Shown here piece by piece: positions 13,987-27,723 of a stretch of 64,000 bases of DNA. The notes under the pieces were generated by a model. That model was not told the origin of the DNA and ran no database searches. It saw only the letters and a program-made list of their open reading frames with translations. The first letter of the stretch is position 1. Each line of letters starts with the position of its first letter. Position numbers and translations under genes: made by a program. Source of the DNA: Hydrurus foetidus (taxonomy: Eukaryota); NCBI GenBank assembly GCA_900617105.1, contig UYFQ01000154.1:62001-126000 (forward strand). The letters run 5' to 3'.

Positions 13987-15135
13987 TAATTATTTTGTAA
14001 ATCGTGTTTGTATGAAGGCAGTGATTACTTTGTACCGGACAGATTTTTGAATTAACAATTCTGCACATGAAGAAATAACTTAACTACCTTTGATGGGGCC
14101 AGATGCTCTTATCCTTTTCATGACTCGTGTAATGTTGGTAAAAGTTCTATCTGAATCGTTCGGTAGAACATCACTTTTTCCGGGTCTCCACGTCTCCGGG
14201 CTCATCCCTCAAAGTCACTCTTTGCTTCCCTGACTACATGATCTTACTCAGTCCGTTGAAACCCTCTCATCATCGTTTGCGAACTCGCTTGTGAAGCACC
14301 AAACAGACACGATTTGATGGTAACTTCGCTACGGGAGACTCTCCTTAAGTCATTCGCTTATCTGTTATGCAGTCTGTTTTTGGAGTGATGTCAGAATTTT
14401 GGGGTGTCCATTACCGCTGAGCTTCAGCGCGCTCAAAGATCATCAGCGATTGTCACTTCTTCACTTCGTTTTTATTTCAAGTGTACGTGTACAATTTCAG
14501 GAAACGATTACGTGCGTTTTTTAACTGGAAAACGTGCGTAGTGGTTTTTTTTCACGTATTTCTCCATGTACGGTCTACAGCCAGAGGGGTACAATGGAGG
14601 AGTTAGTGGGGTGCGCCGTACGTACCGTAGTGTACTTATGATTTTGCAGTTGCGAAAACGTTGGAGTGTCACTTCGGTTGTCATGAAAGTAGCGTTAGAT
14701 AGCGCAGCGTAGGCGAATAGCTATAGTGAGGTATCTTTCACATTTCTTGAAGAGCTGAGCATTCATAGCCTCTGTTTATATTTCGGTTTTGTTTTTAACA
14801 CCCACGAACCCATTGAGATTCTATATAAAATATGCGTGATATGTATAGTATGTGTGCAGGAGTATATTCTATTTACGAATCATCTGCATTGTCCAGAATA
14901 ACCATACCCATAGTCGTAGCAAAAATGGGCTACGCCTAGTGAAAGATTTTTTTGCCGAGTATTTACAATATTCGCATGGACCATCCAACACGTGCATAGG
15001 AGTCAGTCGTCGACAGATCATCAAACGGAATAGTCGCAATTGCTACTAACACGGGGAGAGCATCGGTCAAGAGACGGGTGCGAGATGCAGTCATCAGAAA
15101 GTGATGGAATCAGAAGTCCAAGGGAAGTAGCAAAA

Positions 15136-15320
15136 CAGCAGAAGAGATTGGCACCTTTTCTCGAATATATATCTCAGATGGAGTGATGATAATCAGACCC
15201 CACTCCATATTAAAAAGGGACCGTTCACCGGATTTACGTTTTTTAGTATGGTGCGGGGTGATCGACTTATCATCGATCTATCTGAGATTTACGTGAAAAA
15301 GGTGCCACTCTATTCTGCTG
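15136..15320. repeat. Degenerate ~185-bp foldback element (old MITE-like)
   Basis: Left arm CAGCAGAAGAGATTGGCACCTTTT...ATCTCAGAT...GATGATAA...ACCCC..CCATATTAAAAA matches the reverse complement of 15238-15320 with mismatches and small indels. No clear TSD. Confidence 0.7.
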
Positions 15321-15628
15321 ATGTAATATTATATAATGTATAGGAGGGACTGCCTCGCCACCACAGATGTACGGTGAACATATGCTGACACAAATTGAAA
15401 CCTCAATAATTGCCGAATATTTCATGCACAGTTTTTTTGATATTTGACATTGTCAGAGAATATTCTATCTCTGATAAATCGAACAAAAAAAAGGAAAAAT
15501 TGTTTACTACGCGATTAAGGGGATACAAGCGATTACGAAGAAATAAAAATTAAGAGGTTGTATATAGAATAATAGCGTATATTCGACATGTTTAGAAGAA
15601 AAAAGTACAATATGTATACAGAAAAACG

Positions 15629-17929
15629 TTACACTTTCACCAACGGATTGGTACTCTCAATTAACCATTTTCTACCCAAATCCGTTATCATGAGAGGACC
15701 AACTTTTCTCATGATTTCTGAGTGATACTCATTGATCCATTTTACTTCCACATCCGTCAGTAAAGAAACATCAATCAATTTCTTTTGAATCGGTATATGA
15801 GTGAGTTTTTCAAATCCAAGAAAACCTAAACAAAAAAAATAAAAAATAAAAAGGGATTCGTTTAGGTGCAATTTTTCAGGAAAAGAATATTGAACTATGT
15901 ACCGTTATGTTGCAATGAGGGAATCGAGGTAAGTGGAGTGGTATTGTCATAAGCGCAACTGAGCGTTTCCAAATCTATCGATGCTAAGAGCGAAAACTGT
16001 CCTTGAAGCTACTGTTATGATGCGACTTCGACAACTCATCATTGTTGCACATCTCTTCTCTTCTCTTCTCTTCTCTTCTCTTCTCTTCTCTTCTCTTCTC
16101 TTTTCTTCTCTTCTCTAATCTTCTCTTTTTCTTTTCTTTTCTTCTCTTTTCCTTTTCTTTTTCTTTTCTTACCTCTGCCCCCGAACTCTCCCATTGAAGG
16201 CATCGGAACAACAACCATCAGATTCTCGATTCTAATGCCGAAATTATCCGTTTCGTAGTAGCCGGGCTCGCTGCAAGAGGTGAGGGAAGAGATTAGGGGG
16301 TCAAGAAAAACGCACGTATGTATTTAAACATACAAACATACATAGAGACATAATACGTACGCATACATGCATCCGTCCATCCATCCAAACACATGCACAC
16401 ACTCTCTGTCTCGCACACACACACACAAACTCTCTCCCTCTCACATACACACACGCACACACTCACTCTCCCTTTCACATACACACACACAATATTTTGC
16501 CCCGTCCACTTACTTGCTGACCACCATTCCTGGTACTAGCGGCTGAGGGTTCATCACTCGAGACACACTGTGCGGACCTTCATGCACATTTAGTGCGGCA
16601 CCCACACCGTGTCCAGTGCCTTGTAGGGGGGCGGGGGGGGGAGGAGGTGTGGGGGAGTAATGGCATACATGAGGATGAGAGGTAGATAGGTGAGGGTGAA
16701 GGACATATAGGGATATGGATAGGTGAGGGTGAAGGACATATAGGGATATGGATAGTGAGAGTGGGGAGAGTGGATAGGTGAGGGTCAGGTGTTAGGTGTG
16801 GGGAAGATGAGAGGTGAATAGTGAGGGTAAGGAACATATAGCGATATGAATAGGTGAGCGATAGGAGAGAGCGAGAGGTCGTTCAAAATAGGCTCAACAT
16901 ATCTTGTTTACCGTGTATGTAGTCTTTGCCTATGGCCCACAGATGTTCCCTCGCGTAGCTGTCCAAGAGGCACCCAGCTGTCCCAGTGGGGAATACTCTA
17001 GACGCTACCCCTATGTGCCCTTTAAGCACTCTCGTGAACATTTCGATCTGAGTGACAGGGGGGATGGGAGTGGGGGAGTGAGAGAGGGTAAGAGGGAGGT
17101 GGGAGTGGGGGCACCAGGAGGACGATGGGAGATGTCAGTGACATGGTGAATGACACAAAATCTGGCAGAGAATTGAGAAGAATGCAGCGACGTTAACAAG
17201 TGGAAAGAAGGACTGTAGTAACTATTATCTTCACCGACCAACAGACAAGCTGACACATCGAAAGACAGATAAATATACACGAACACATAGATGGGCGGAC
17301 GAACATATTTTTACCTGAAATGCGGTGGGAGTTCCAGTATGGAACGTACGTGTGACATCTGCGAATGTACAATGTACGGTAAACAAAAATAAGTCAATCC
17401 ACTATTCCATGATTTCCTTCTTTGCATTATTTACACTTCAACAAATAATACCCAACGTAATAAACGCTGCGATACTTGAAATCCCATGTTAGCAAAGACG
17501 TGCATAGCTGCATCTTGGTAGATGAATAGACATGCAGGCCAGGCTGCAAGACAAATATAATGTGTTGACCAACTAGAGGTGCAAATCATCCCTAGGCACA
17601 CAATGATGACACCCACTGAGAATCACGGAATCTTACCAAATTCCGTCATATTGGACTACGTTTGCTACCACGATTTTGGACTTTTAGATTTAATAATTGC
17701 ACTGCAGTATATATCACAAAAGACCATCACATTTTACATAATGACAATAACACAAAATACTGTGACATGTCGTAACGTACGTACCTGTGGTTCCGTCTAG
17801 GTACTGTCCCCCCGAATCGAGGAGGATCATGTCGTTCCTGCCAACCGGTTTGCACGTCTCAGACACAGCTCTGACAGTCATGAGGTAGTGATGAGGTAGT
17901 GGTCAGAATGTGAAGTCGAGATGATAGTG

Positions 17930-17974
<45 letters not shown>

Positions 17975-20900
17975 GGCAATAATCTTATTTCATGACATTA
18001 TTTTGTCCCGTGTTCATCCTTCTGATTAAGCATCTACAATACAGTGATTGAGCATTTTACAAAAGTAACTTTATTTAGACTATGATTGATTGTCTAGTGA
18101 GACACTACGATGTAGCATCCAATAATGCGATTTACCATCTAATAATATGATTTAGCAACTAATAAAATGATTTAGCATCCATCAATCACCTGTAGTGGAC
18201 GATCGCACCATTTCCATTGACCCCTGCAATCGTTGGGAAAGAAGGTTCCAAGAACATTCCTGGAGATAGGAGGGCGCGTGACGCGGTGACCTTCTCATCC
18301 AATACAACTTCGTCAAGATCAAGACCTGAAGAGGAATATTAGATGCAAATTAAGATGTATTGATTCGATGAACAGTATTTTTTCAGTGACGAAAATGGTC
18401 CGGTCCTTTCGTATGATATTTCGAGAAAAATAATGTATTGAATTATTTAAATGGACAGTGTGTGTCGATTAAGAATGACATCTTCTATGTCAGATTTAGT
18501 TCTTGTCTTTCAGAGGAAAGGTAGTGCGAGGAAAGGTGAAGAGAGGTGAGGAAAAAAGAAACAAGGAAAGGCAATCAGAGGAGAAGAGAGGGAAGGAGAG
18601 AAGACACTGATCAAAATGAGGAGAGGTAAGGAAAGTTATTAGAACCCACCGGTAGGGTGTGCGAGCTCTTGGTCCAGCCAGGCGAGGAACTCCGACTCTG
18701 CAGCTCCGTCCCTCAAGTGACACGCACGCATACCGGATAACTCGGCCTATAATGTGAGTGCGGGTATGGTGTGTGTGCGGTGTTAGAGGGGAGGGAAGAA
18801 AGGTTGAGTTAGATTGTGTGACTGTGTGTAGAGGGGAAGGGAGGGTGTGTACATGCTCGTACAGTTTTCCATTTACGTAATCATGGGTGTGTAAAGATAA
18901 GTGCGATATGAGGACAAAAAGAGGGAAGGCTCGATCTTTCAGTGCCGCATGTCTGTTCTTGTGTGTGCGTGCGTGTGAGGAAGAGCGAGAGTGTTTGTGT
19001 TTGTGTGCGTGAGGGAAGAGACGAAAGGGGGAGAGATATTGAGGAGCTATGAATTCACTCCCCTCTATCTGATTCGTACGTAAAAAGTCACGTACTTCGT
19101 TTTTGGTGGCCTTCATTATGGTTATAGGAGACTCTTTGTCAAGACGAATCTTGGTCGGCACAGATCCGTACATGGCGAAATTTACGGTTTTGCCGTCACA
19201 CCATATTTTTTTTCCATTCAAGAGTTTCTCATTGCCACTCATGTCACGCACGTATGTGATAGCTTCTTCGTACGGTTTTATCTGAACACCGGCAGCTGAC
19301 AAATGAGCTCCCGCTGTGTCGGACATCTTGCAATCATCGATGAACAAAGTGGCTGAATCTGAGAGATTTATAGTGCGGCATTAAGAGTTTGAATTAGAGA
19401 AAATAAAGTACGAGGGTTTGGGATGACGTGGGGTGGGGGATGGTTTTATGTTGTTTGCAGAAAGAGTAGGGAAAGAAGATTAAAGAATATTCATTGAAGT
19501 TGACAGTGTGTCCCTCTGTACGAAATATAATGATAATGTACATAATCAAATCCAAGGACAAGTACAGAATGCACAAATAACAAATAGAGAATAATTGCGA
19601 TAATAAAGTGTATTCTTAAGGGCTCAGACACTTGCTTTCTTCAGGATTTAATTCAGATGAATGCTGGACCCTGACCACCACAAAGCAACGAACATCAACA
19701 CAGACGCACTTGCTATTAACACAGACGCACTTGCTATTAACACAGACGCACTTGCTATTAACACAGACGCACTTGCTATTAACACAGACGCACTTGCTAT
19801 TAACACAGACGCACTTGCTATTAACACAGACGCACTTGCTATTAACACAGACGCACTTGCTATTAACACAGACGCACTTGCTATTAACACAGACGCACTT
19901 GCTATTAACACAGACGCACTTGCTATTAACACAGACGCACTTGCTATTAACACAGACGCACTTGCTATTAACACAGACGCACTTGCTATTAACACAGACG
20001 CACTTGCTATTAACACAGACGCACTTGCTATTAACACAGACGCACTTGCTATTAACACAGACGCACTTGCTATTAACACAGACGCACTTGCTATTAACAC
20101 AGACGCACTTGCTATTAACACAGACGCACTTGCTATTAACACAGACGCACTTGCTATTAACACAGACGCACTTGCTATTAACACAGACGCACTTGCTATT
20201 AACACAGACGCACTTGCTATTAACACAGACGCACTTGCTATTAACACAGACGCACTTGCTATTAACACAGACGCACTTGCTATTAACACAGACGCACTTG
20301 CTATTAAGTATTTCTTCTCCGGTAACATTCTTCGAAGGAAAGTGTGCGTGTGTTGGTGAATTTTTGTGTGTGGTGATCTGAGTACAGCTTCAAAGTGAAT
20401 GAAATCAAATAAAGTGATCAACAAAACACAAGCTCTGAAATCAACACTACAAAGTAGTATCTCTTTCTCACCTGTGGTGACGATAGCATAACTGACACTG
20501 ACAGGGTTGCACGGCACGTCAGACCCCCTCACGTTGAACAGCCAGGCGATCTCATCTAATGAAGTGCTCACTAGTGCATAGGCCTGTGAGGGGAAGTGAT
20601 GAGATATTATCAGGTTGACGTCATGTGATACGTACAGAGAGATATGATATGACGTAGGGTGATGCGATAAAAACAGCTTGATATGGTGTAAATTGATGCG
20701 GTATGGAATAGCGTGATATGACATGCATGCATGTATCTGTACATGTGTATTAACTAACATGTACGTACGCTCAATGATCGTACGAGCAGTAATCAACTAA
20801 TATGATGATACCTGATTATCAGCTAAAACAGCCCTAATGTCGACCAATTTTTCCTCCACACTTTTTCCTGCATATTCCGCAGGATGAATTCTCAGAACAC

Positions 20901-22574
20901 CATTGGGAATTGGTGACCTTTTTTCTGTCCATATTTTATCAATAGGATTTTTTTCAATGTGTTTTATGAGGATGTTTTTCGGTAGTAGAGTTTCTTCTAT
21001 TTTTTTCACTGCTCTAGCTCCGTGTAGTAGAGGATCAATGCCCACTGTGCTGCCTATAATGTATGATGTTAATCAATCATAGTGAGTTGAATCAATTTGA
21101 TGTTCAATTGTTTGATTTGGATTGAGGACAAGTATTCGTGTTGTGCGTGGTATAATATGGTGTATTCGTTCATTGGGTGAGTAGATAGGTAAGTGGGTTG
21201 GTGGAACGTGATGAAGTGAAGAAACAAGCCAGTGACATGGCCAAAAAGTCAACAAGCTACTGCACAAGTGAATGTGATGATAAGTCAGTCAGTCAGTATG
21301 TAAGTAAGTTAGTCTGTCAGAGAGTAGATGGATAACTTATTAATGAACTGAATGACTTAATGACTGACAAACCTGCTGCGAACGTTTTTGCGATCCACTC
21401 AGCAGGAGAGGGAATGTCTTTGAGTCCTAAATAATAAAATGCGAGAAGAATACACAAAATAAATGAAAAGAAATCCGAGAAGAATGTAAGAAATCAAATT
21501 AAATGCAGTAAGAATAAGATAAATAAGATGGAGTACTACACGATACGATACGATACGATACGATACGATACGATACGACACAGTAGATATTAAGTCACCA
21601 ACATAAATGAATTAAGTAAAAAAGTCAAGACGTGAAGACATAAAGTAATATGTCAGGTTTGTCGCTGTTACATTGCTACAGAAAACACTATAATTGGTGC
21701 AAATAACATTAATGAGATCGAAAATACCTTGTCTCATTAGAGTCCACTCACTGCCCAATTCCATCTCCGCTTGATTGTGATATCTCCCGTCTGTAAATAG
21801 CAGGGCCTTGTCAGTCGTGATTACGGCTGTCCCGGCAGACCCTGTGTAATCACAATTCATAAGAAGAAAGTGCAAGTAAAGATATGATGAGGAAGTGCAA
21901 GTAATGATATGACGTAAAAGTGAAAGTAAAGATATGACATAAAAGTGTCAATAGATTAAAAGATGAGCATCGTTACGATAGGAGGTACTGATGGCTCGCT
22001 AGTTTGAGGTAAGATGACACGCAGGCAGATGACAGAACCAGTCAGAATGATGCAGAAAAAGGATGCGAAGTTCGTTGCTGTTTCGTACTCAATTCAATGA
22101 AGCCAGAAGTTAGCAAACGTGCCAGTAACCTTTGAATGCAGAGCAGTTACAGAGCTATTTTAAAATCAGCAGCAATCATACTGTTTGATTGAGAGTATGA
22201 TCTTGTAAGTTTCAGAATATAGCAACTCAGCAGGATGTATCTGAAAGAAACAAGTCGTCACCTGTGAAACCACTGATGAATTCTCTGCGATAGTAGTAAG
22301 GTGCTGTATATTCACTCATATGAGGGTCCTCCGTTGGAACAATTATGCAGTCCATGCCGTCATCCTTCATTACTTTTCTCAAATTTACGAGCCTTTCAGT
22401 GGTAACATCGACAACAGTTGCTGTTGAGGCAGCCATCATGCTGAGATTCGAGTGAAATCCTGTTGATCCGCCTCTCGATTTCAATAGAGAAGTGGCGATT
22501 CTTCTGCTATTGACAAGATGGAGGCTTCTGGTCAGAGAAGAGGTCATTGTGATGAGAATGACCAGCAATTTCAT
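15629..22574 (-). CDS. XPNPEP1: Xaa-Pro aminopeptidase (aminopeptidase P, M24B) with N-terminal targeting presequence
   Basis: 14 GT-AG exons splice in frame: [11 protein letters not shown]...FISGFTGSAG...[66 protein letters not shown]...FGIRIEN, WINEYH. Confidence 0.96.
16052..16170. repeat. (CTCTT)n / pyrimidine-rich microsatellite in an intron
   Basis: Direct reading; it accounts for the spurious KRREE ORF. Confidence 0.9.
17933..17970. repeat. (GA)n microsatellite
   Basis: Direct reading; intronic. Confidence 0.95.
19694..20307. repeat. Minisatellite, 29 copies of the 21-bp unit ATTAACACAGACGCACTTGCT, in intron 5 of the aminopeptidase
   Basis: Head-to-tail copies with no spacers. Only the first unit differs (ATC for ATT). 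The count comes from 29 INTDALA units in the ORF track. Confidence 0.98.
21541..21577. repeat. (CGATA)n microsatellite
   Basis: Direct reading; intronic. Confidence 0.9.
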
Positions 22575-23822
22575 TTCACGATGTCGCAAGTTTTGCGAGA
22601 CTGCAAGCGATCGTTGGTGTCCTCTGCCGCCTACTGAATTTTTACTGCAACAATCCCTCTGATGTCGCTGATTATATGATCTAAATGAGAGAAAGTGACT
22701 TGAATGAGAATTGTTACAGCTCAGTAGCTAGGAGCTGAGAGGGTATTAGGCCGTTTACCGTACAGTACCGGTTCACTTGTTGTGCTGTGTACAGTATACA
22801 GAATATTGTACGGTACGTACGATTCTATAGGCCAGCAGGGCTCTAGGTACTGTTTTGTTTCCATTTCGCATAACTTTGGAGCGAAGTAGCCGCATCCACA
22901 TCAGTCACTGATTCTAGATTCAAAAGACGGGAAGCCTTAACAATTTTGGGCCTACTGATGCCTAAAGTCATTGCATCTTCGTCTGGTGTAAATCACGTCG
23001 TAAAATCCGATCTGCTGGAAGTACCGAAGTAAATTTCTCAACCTTCACGAAACATCTGAAAAAGTCACTTAAATAAAAAAAAGTCGACGTGGGAATAGTA
23101 TGTAAACGGTAACCGATGGAGAGAACATTTTCACCAAACGCTTTTCATCGCAGATCAGTGAACTTTTCTGGGACATAGGTGATTTGCATCCATAGGAAAT
23201 CGATATTTTGTGTGTGGATTCATCAATTTCTCACACCCTTAAAATACTGGATCATGAGGATTTGATATCTTTTCTTATGATTGAATCGCAGCAGCCATGA
23301 AAGCAGTCACTTTCATAATCAGTGGAGACTGTGATAGCAATGCAGCATATCATACGGTGAAAAGGTCTCTCGAAATTGGTGATTCGGCATAAGGTCAATT
23401 AGTAGTAAAATTGTTGATGTTATGAGTTTGAGTTATGATGGCAAGTTTACAGTCGTCCGTATTTGAATTTTTGAATAAATTTTTAGATCCGCAATACCCC
23501 CCTGAATTTCATTGCAGTTTCATGTACGTGTACAAATACGCACCAGTCTACGATATACATCTATTATCCCCCTATTTTTTTATTTTAGCTTCATTTCAAG
23601 CCTATTTCCCTTTTTTGAAGTCAAGTTGCCGGTCGCGGTTATCAGCATCGATATTATGGAGTATATGTGGAGTGACCTGGAGATGAGTTGAGTGAAGTTG
23701 CACAGTTTTCATAAGTGTTACAGACGTCTCTTGTCAGCGTACTTCAACGCTGTCATCGATCGCTTGGAAGTGGGCATCTCGTTTGATTTGTGACATATCA
23801 TTTCTAATAGAGGAAGAGCGCC

Positions 23823-26609
23823 ATGTTTCCCAAGTATGCTCTATTCATCGCGCTAGCGTTGCAGATCTTATGTTGCGATTCAGTTGATTCAGCAGGTGTT
23901 CCAAGAGGGATGCCTCATAGAGCAGATTGTATAAATAGAAACACGAAACTTTACGGTAGAAAAAGTCAACGGATTAGGACAAGCACTATTGTTGCTGCAG
24001 CAGACATCACGAAATCTGTCCCAGTAGTATCAGTTGAGCCTGAAATCACTTTGAACGCCTTCGACTTGTGCCTATGCGGCGCTTTTGCCACAGCATTTGG
24101 GGACTTTGTCATGCACCCTGTTGATACAATCAAAGTTTCTCAACAGGTGATTCTTAGCGCGACTCACAATATAACCATGGAAATAACTGAACACGCAATG
24201 CATATCCGAACTGAACAATAATACTTTCTTCAATCACCGCCAGGCGTCAGCAGTTGCTGTAGGACTCCTTCAGACAGTTAAGAGCCTATGGAGTGCCAAT
24301 GGTATCGGAGCATTCTATCCAGGTGTTCTGCCTTACATGGCGGCAGACGGTTTAAGTGGCGCTGTAAAGTTCGCCACATTCGAAGTCAGTAAAGTATTCC
24401 TGGAGAAAAAACTTCCCATTAGATTTCACCCATCTCTTCAGTTTATTTGCGCTGCTGGTGCGATGGTAGCGTGTTCTTTCATAATGGTCCCCGGTGAGGT
24501 TATTAAGATCAGGCTACAGGCTGGACTGTGCAAAACTATGACAGAAGGCATTTCTCAGACTTTGAAATTAGATGGATTTGGGGGATTATTCGCAGGTAAA
24601 TTCTCAATTCTTCCACTGTTTGTGTTTTTGTTCATTATGGAATTTCCATATTGATTTATGTTTATTGCTTTTTCCCTCATTTACTCCTCCAATTACTCTT
24701 TCGTCCTCTTCTTCGTTCTCTCCTTTTTATCGCACCTGTTATCGCATCTGAGATCAAATACGTGATATAGATTTGTCAGCATCACACATTCAAAAATTAT
24801 GCATTTGAATGGCACGATAGATTATACGTCAGCCATTACTCTTGTAACTACTTGAAAATAATCAGAATCAAGAATTTCTTCTGTTAGTTTGTCATCACAT
24901 TTAATCATTTGTTACAGCATATTAGATGACGAATCGGATTATGCACAATGATTACAACTGTCAATTTTTCTGACGATGAATCCTAAAATATACTGCCTCT
25001 GCTATACTGCTGTCTGATTTTCAGCGCATTTTTACCTCTGCTGATCGCTGTCATCGTCAATGCTAATATCATCATGATTGCCACCATAATTAGCACCGAC
25101 ATTAGCCCTGTTGTTAATAAGATCATCGTTGATGACTGTCATGTATAACTTCAAATTACGAATCTCAACTCATCCCCTTTACTGTTTTTCAACACCCACA
25201 CAGGATACTACGCGACACTTATCAGAGACGTACCCTACACAATGATGGAACTAGGACTGTACGAAAACATAAAAACCGCGATACGCAAAGTAAAGAGTAA
25301 AGAAGATTTAACTCAGAAAGAAGAGTTGATGGCGGCTGCTGTCACCGGTAAGTGAAAGAAATGAAATGAAATTCTGAAATTCTGATTGATTGAATGAACT
25401 ATGTAGAATACACTGGGAGGGAAGCAACTTCAGTTAACAATAAAATTGAAGCATTATCAGATAATGTATAAAATAGAATAAAGTAAAATAGGATTGAATA
25501 TAATGGAACGGAATAAAATAGAATGGACTAGAATAGAATAGAATAAAATAAAATAGAATACCATCATTCAGCGGTAGGTTGAGTTGAAGTTGTGTAAATA
25601 AGTTACAAGACTTCTACAGATTAGAAAAATACAGATTACGATATTGCATGATCTGATAAATTCGTTTACGCAGTATTAGCAAGTTCTGTTTTATTTTGTG
25701 TAACAGTTCCTATTCAGCTATTCAGAGAAATCTTAATTTTCCGAATTTTCTTTTTCTATAAGTAGCGATTGTATTCAATCATTCAATTTGGTGCAATTTA
25801 AATCCAATTAGAATTAAATTCGACTTTATTGATTCATTCAATGAATTGATTTAGTGTTTAATTAAGCCCACCTTAATTTCATTTATATTTCTCTATGTCA
25901 AACACACATTCTAAACACCATTAAATACTAACAATGTAGGCGGCATAACTAGTTTCGTGACGACACCTCTCGACTTGATAAAAACTAAACTCATGATTCA
26001 GAGCACCAGTGGGGGACAGTACAAGGGAGTCAGTGACGCCTTCGCGAGGTACGCATTCATGGGGATAGTTCTTGCTTGCACATTGTTTACCATCACTCTT
26101 CTCACCCTTCCGTATTTCTTTTTCTGTGAGATCATTCCTGTTTTTCTACTCCACCTTAAGTGTCTGTTAGGAGCGTCATTCTCACACATTTGATTTCTTC
26201 TTATCGTCCCCTCTTACTTTTTCCTCCTGTTTTCAGATTTATTCCGTTTGTTCTTATTTCTAAATACTTTCTTTTTCATTTGTTATTATTTTCATTTATA
26301 TTTGTCTGTCGTAAACCCTTTTCATTTTATTCTTTTCTGTCTCTCATGAACCACACCTACTTTTTCATCACAATACCTTGTTCTTTTATCCACACTCTCC
26401 TCTGCATCAAATCAAATCAAATCACATCACATCACATCAGCATCTACAAAGCGGGCGGTATCAAAGCATTGTTTGTTGGATCGGTAGCTAGAGTATCTTG
26501 GTTGCTCCCTTTCACCACCATCTACCTTGGCGTATATGAAGTGTCGAAAAGAAGATTACTGTCGTATAAAAAACAGCAGGCTATCTTGAAGAAAAACATC
26601 AAAAAATAA
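23823..26609 (+). CDS. Mitochondrial carrier family (SLC25) protein, S-adenosylmethionine carrier-like, with N-terminal signal peptide
   Basis: Exons ~23823-24146, 24244-24595, 25204-25347, 25940-26048 and 26441-26609. Three Px[DE]xxK signatures (HPVDTIK, VPGEVIK, TPLDLIK) and GYYATLIRDVPY, typical of the SAMC/Pet8 group. Confidence 0.9.
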
Positions 26610-26980
26610 TCGTAGAAAAAACAATAATAGTCGTATTTAGTTTTTTCGATTTTAGCGGTGATTCAAATTGTAAATTATTCTATGAGAATAACAGCTGAAT
26701 TTATATTGTATATTCCTGTTAGATTATGACTAATATGCACTTTGTAATCTTTCATAATTTCAGTTTTTAGAAATTGAAGTTAACCATATAAAAGAATTAC
26801 GAATAAAAAACAAAAAACGAAATAGCGCTGACAATGAAATAGAATAACAGAGGTCCAGCAAACCTTACAAATAATTAATCGAATTTGGGAATGCAATATC
26901 CCAGTTGAAATTGTAATTAAGAAAACACTGAAATTTGAAATTTGCGTTATTTTGGATTTACAGTTTTCGTAGATTGAGTG

Positions 26981-27170
26981 CAAGGGTTGTGTTTAGTTCG
27001 TCTGTCGTTTTTAATCGGGTGCCAGCCCCCCACACAACAACACACAGCATTTTTCATGACTAAAAAAAACTATCCGTCATGGGACTGCCCAGCATGAAAA
27101 ATGAAGTGCGTTCTTGTGTGGGGGGCTGGCACCCGATTAAAAACGACAAATGAACTAAACACGACCCTTG
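26981..27170. mobile_element. 190-bp foldback / MITE-like element
   Basis: Arms of ~61 bp (CAAGGGTTGTGTTTAGTTCGTCTGTCGTTTTTAATCGGGTGCCAGCCCCCCACACAA) with ~4 mismatches, extending imperfectly to ~78 bp. No exact TSD. Confidence 0.75.
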
Positions 27171-27723
27171 AGTTTGATTAATCTCGTAGAAATGATTCGT
27201 GTGGAGTGGAAGAGGACTAGCAAGTGAGGCGCAAGGTATCGCAACGAAGTTATGTTCATTAAAGGAGAAGGGCAAAAAAGTATTTCACTCTTGCAGACGA
27301 ATAGCTGAAGAGATAAGCAGATGAAAAAAAGATGAGGTACAGTGCAACGTAGCACAGTGTACTACACCACGACATCCTAGAGCTGACAATGTCTTCTCTC
27401 TTTTCGGCATACAAAATACAAAATGTATTGCCCGGATAAGAGAAAAAGAAAAAGCATGAAATATCTTCGGTGGGCTGGTTTGCGAGAAACAGTTTAATAC
27501 CTATCACAAGGCATACTTTACCTTCACCTTCATTTGTGTATGTACACGATAATACGGCTCCTCTCAAATCATAACTGTACTTGCTGCAGACAGGTCTTCT
27601 CGATTTCTGTTTGAACCCTGCTCACGTCATTTTTGATAAAAGTTGAAAAATACAATCGAAGTAATGTGTTTTTAATACGCACGTCATTGAAACATTGCTC
27701 TACTAAATGCATCAACCCATAGA

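Noticed and set aside
19632..20796. CRISPR array or repeat-protein genes (ORFs of 249, 382 and 232 aa)
   Set aside because: There are no spacers. The ORFs arise because the 21-bp unit is stop-free in three frames, and the array sits inside an aminopeptidase intron.
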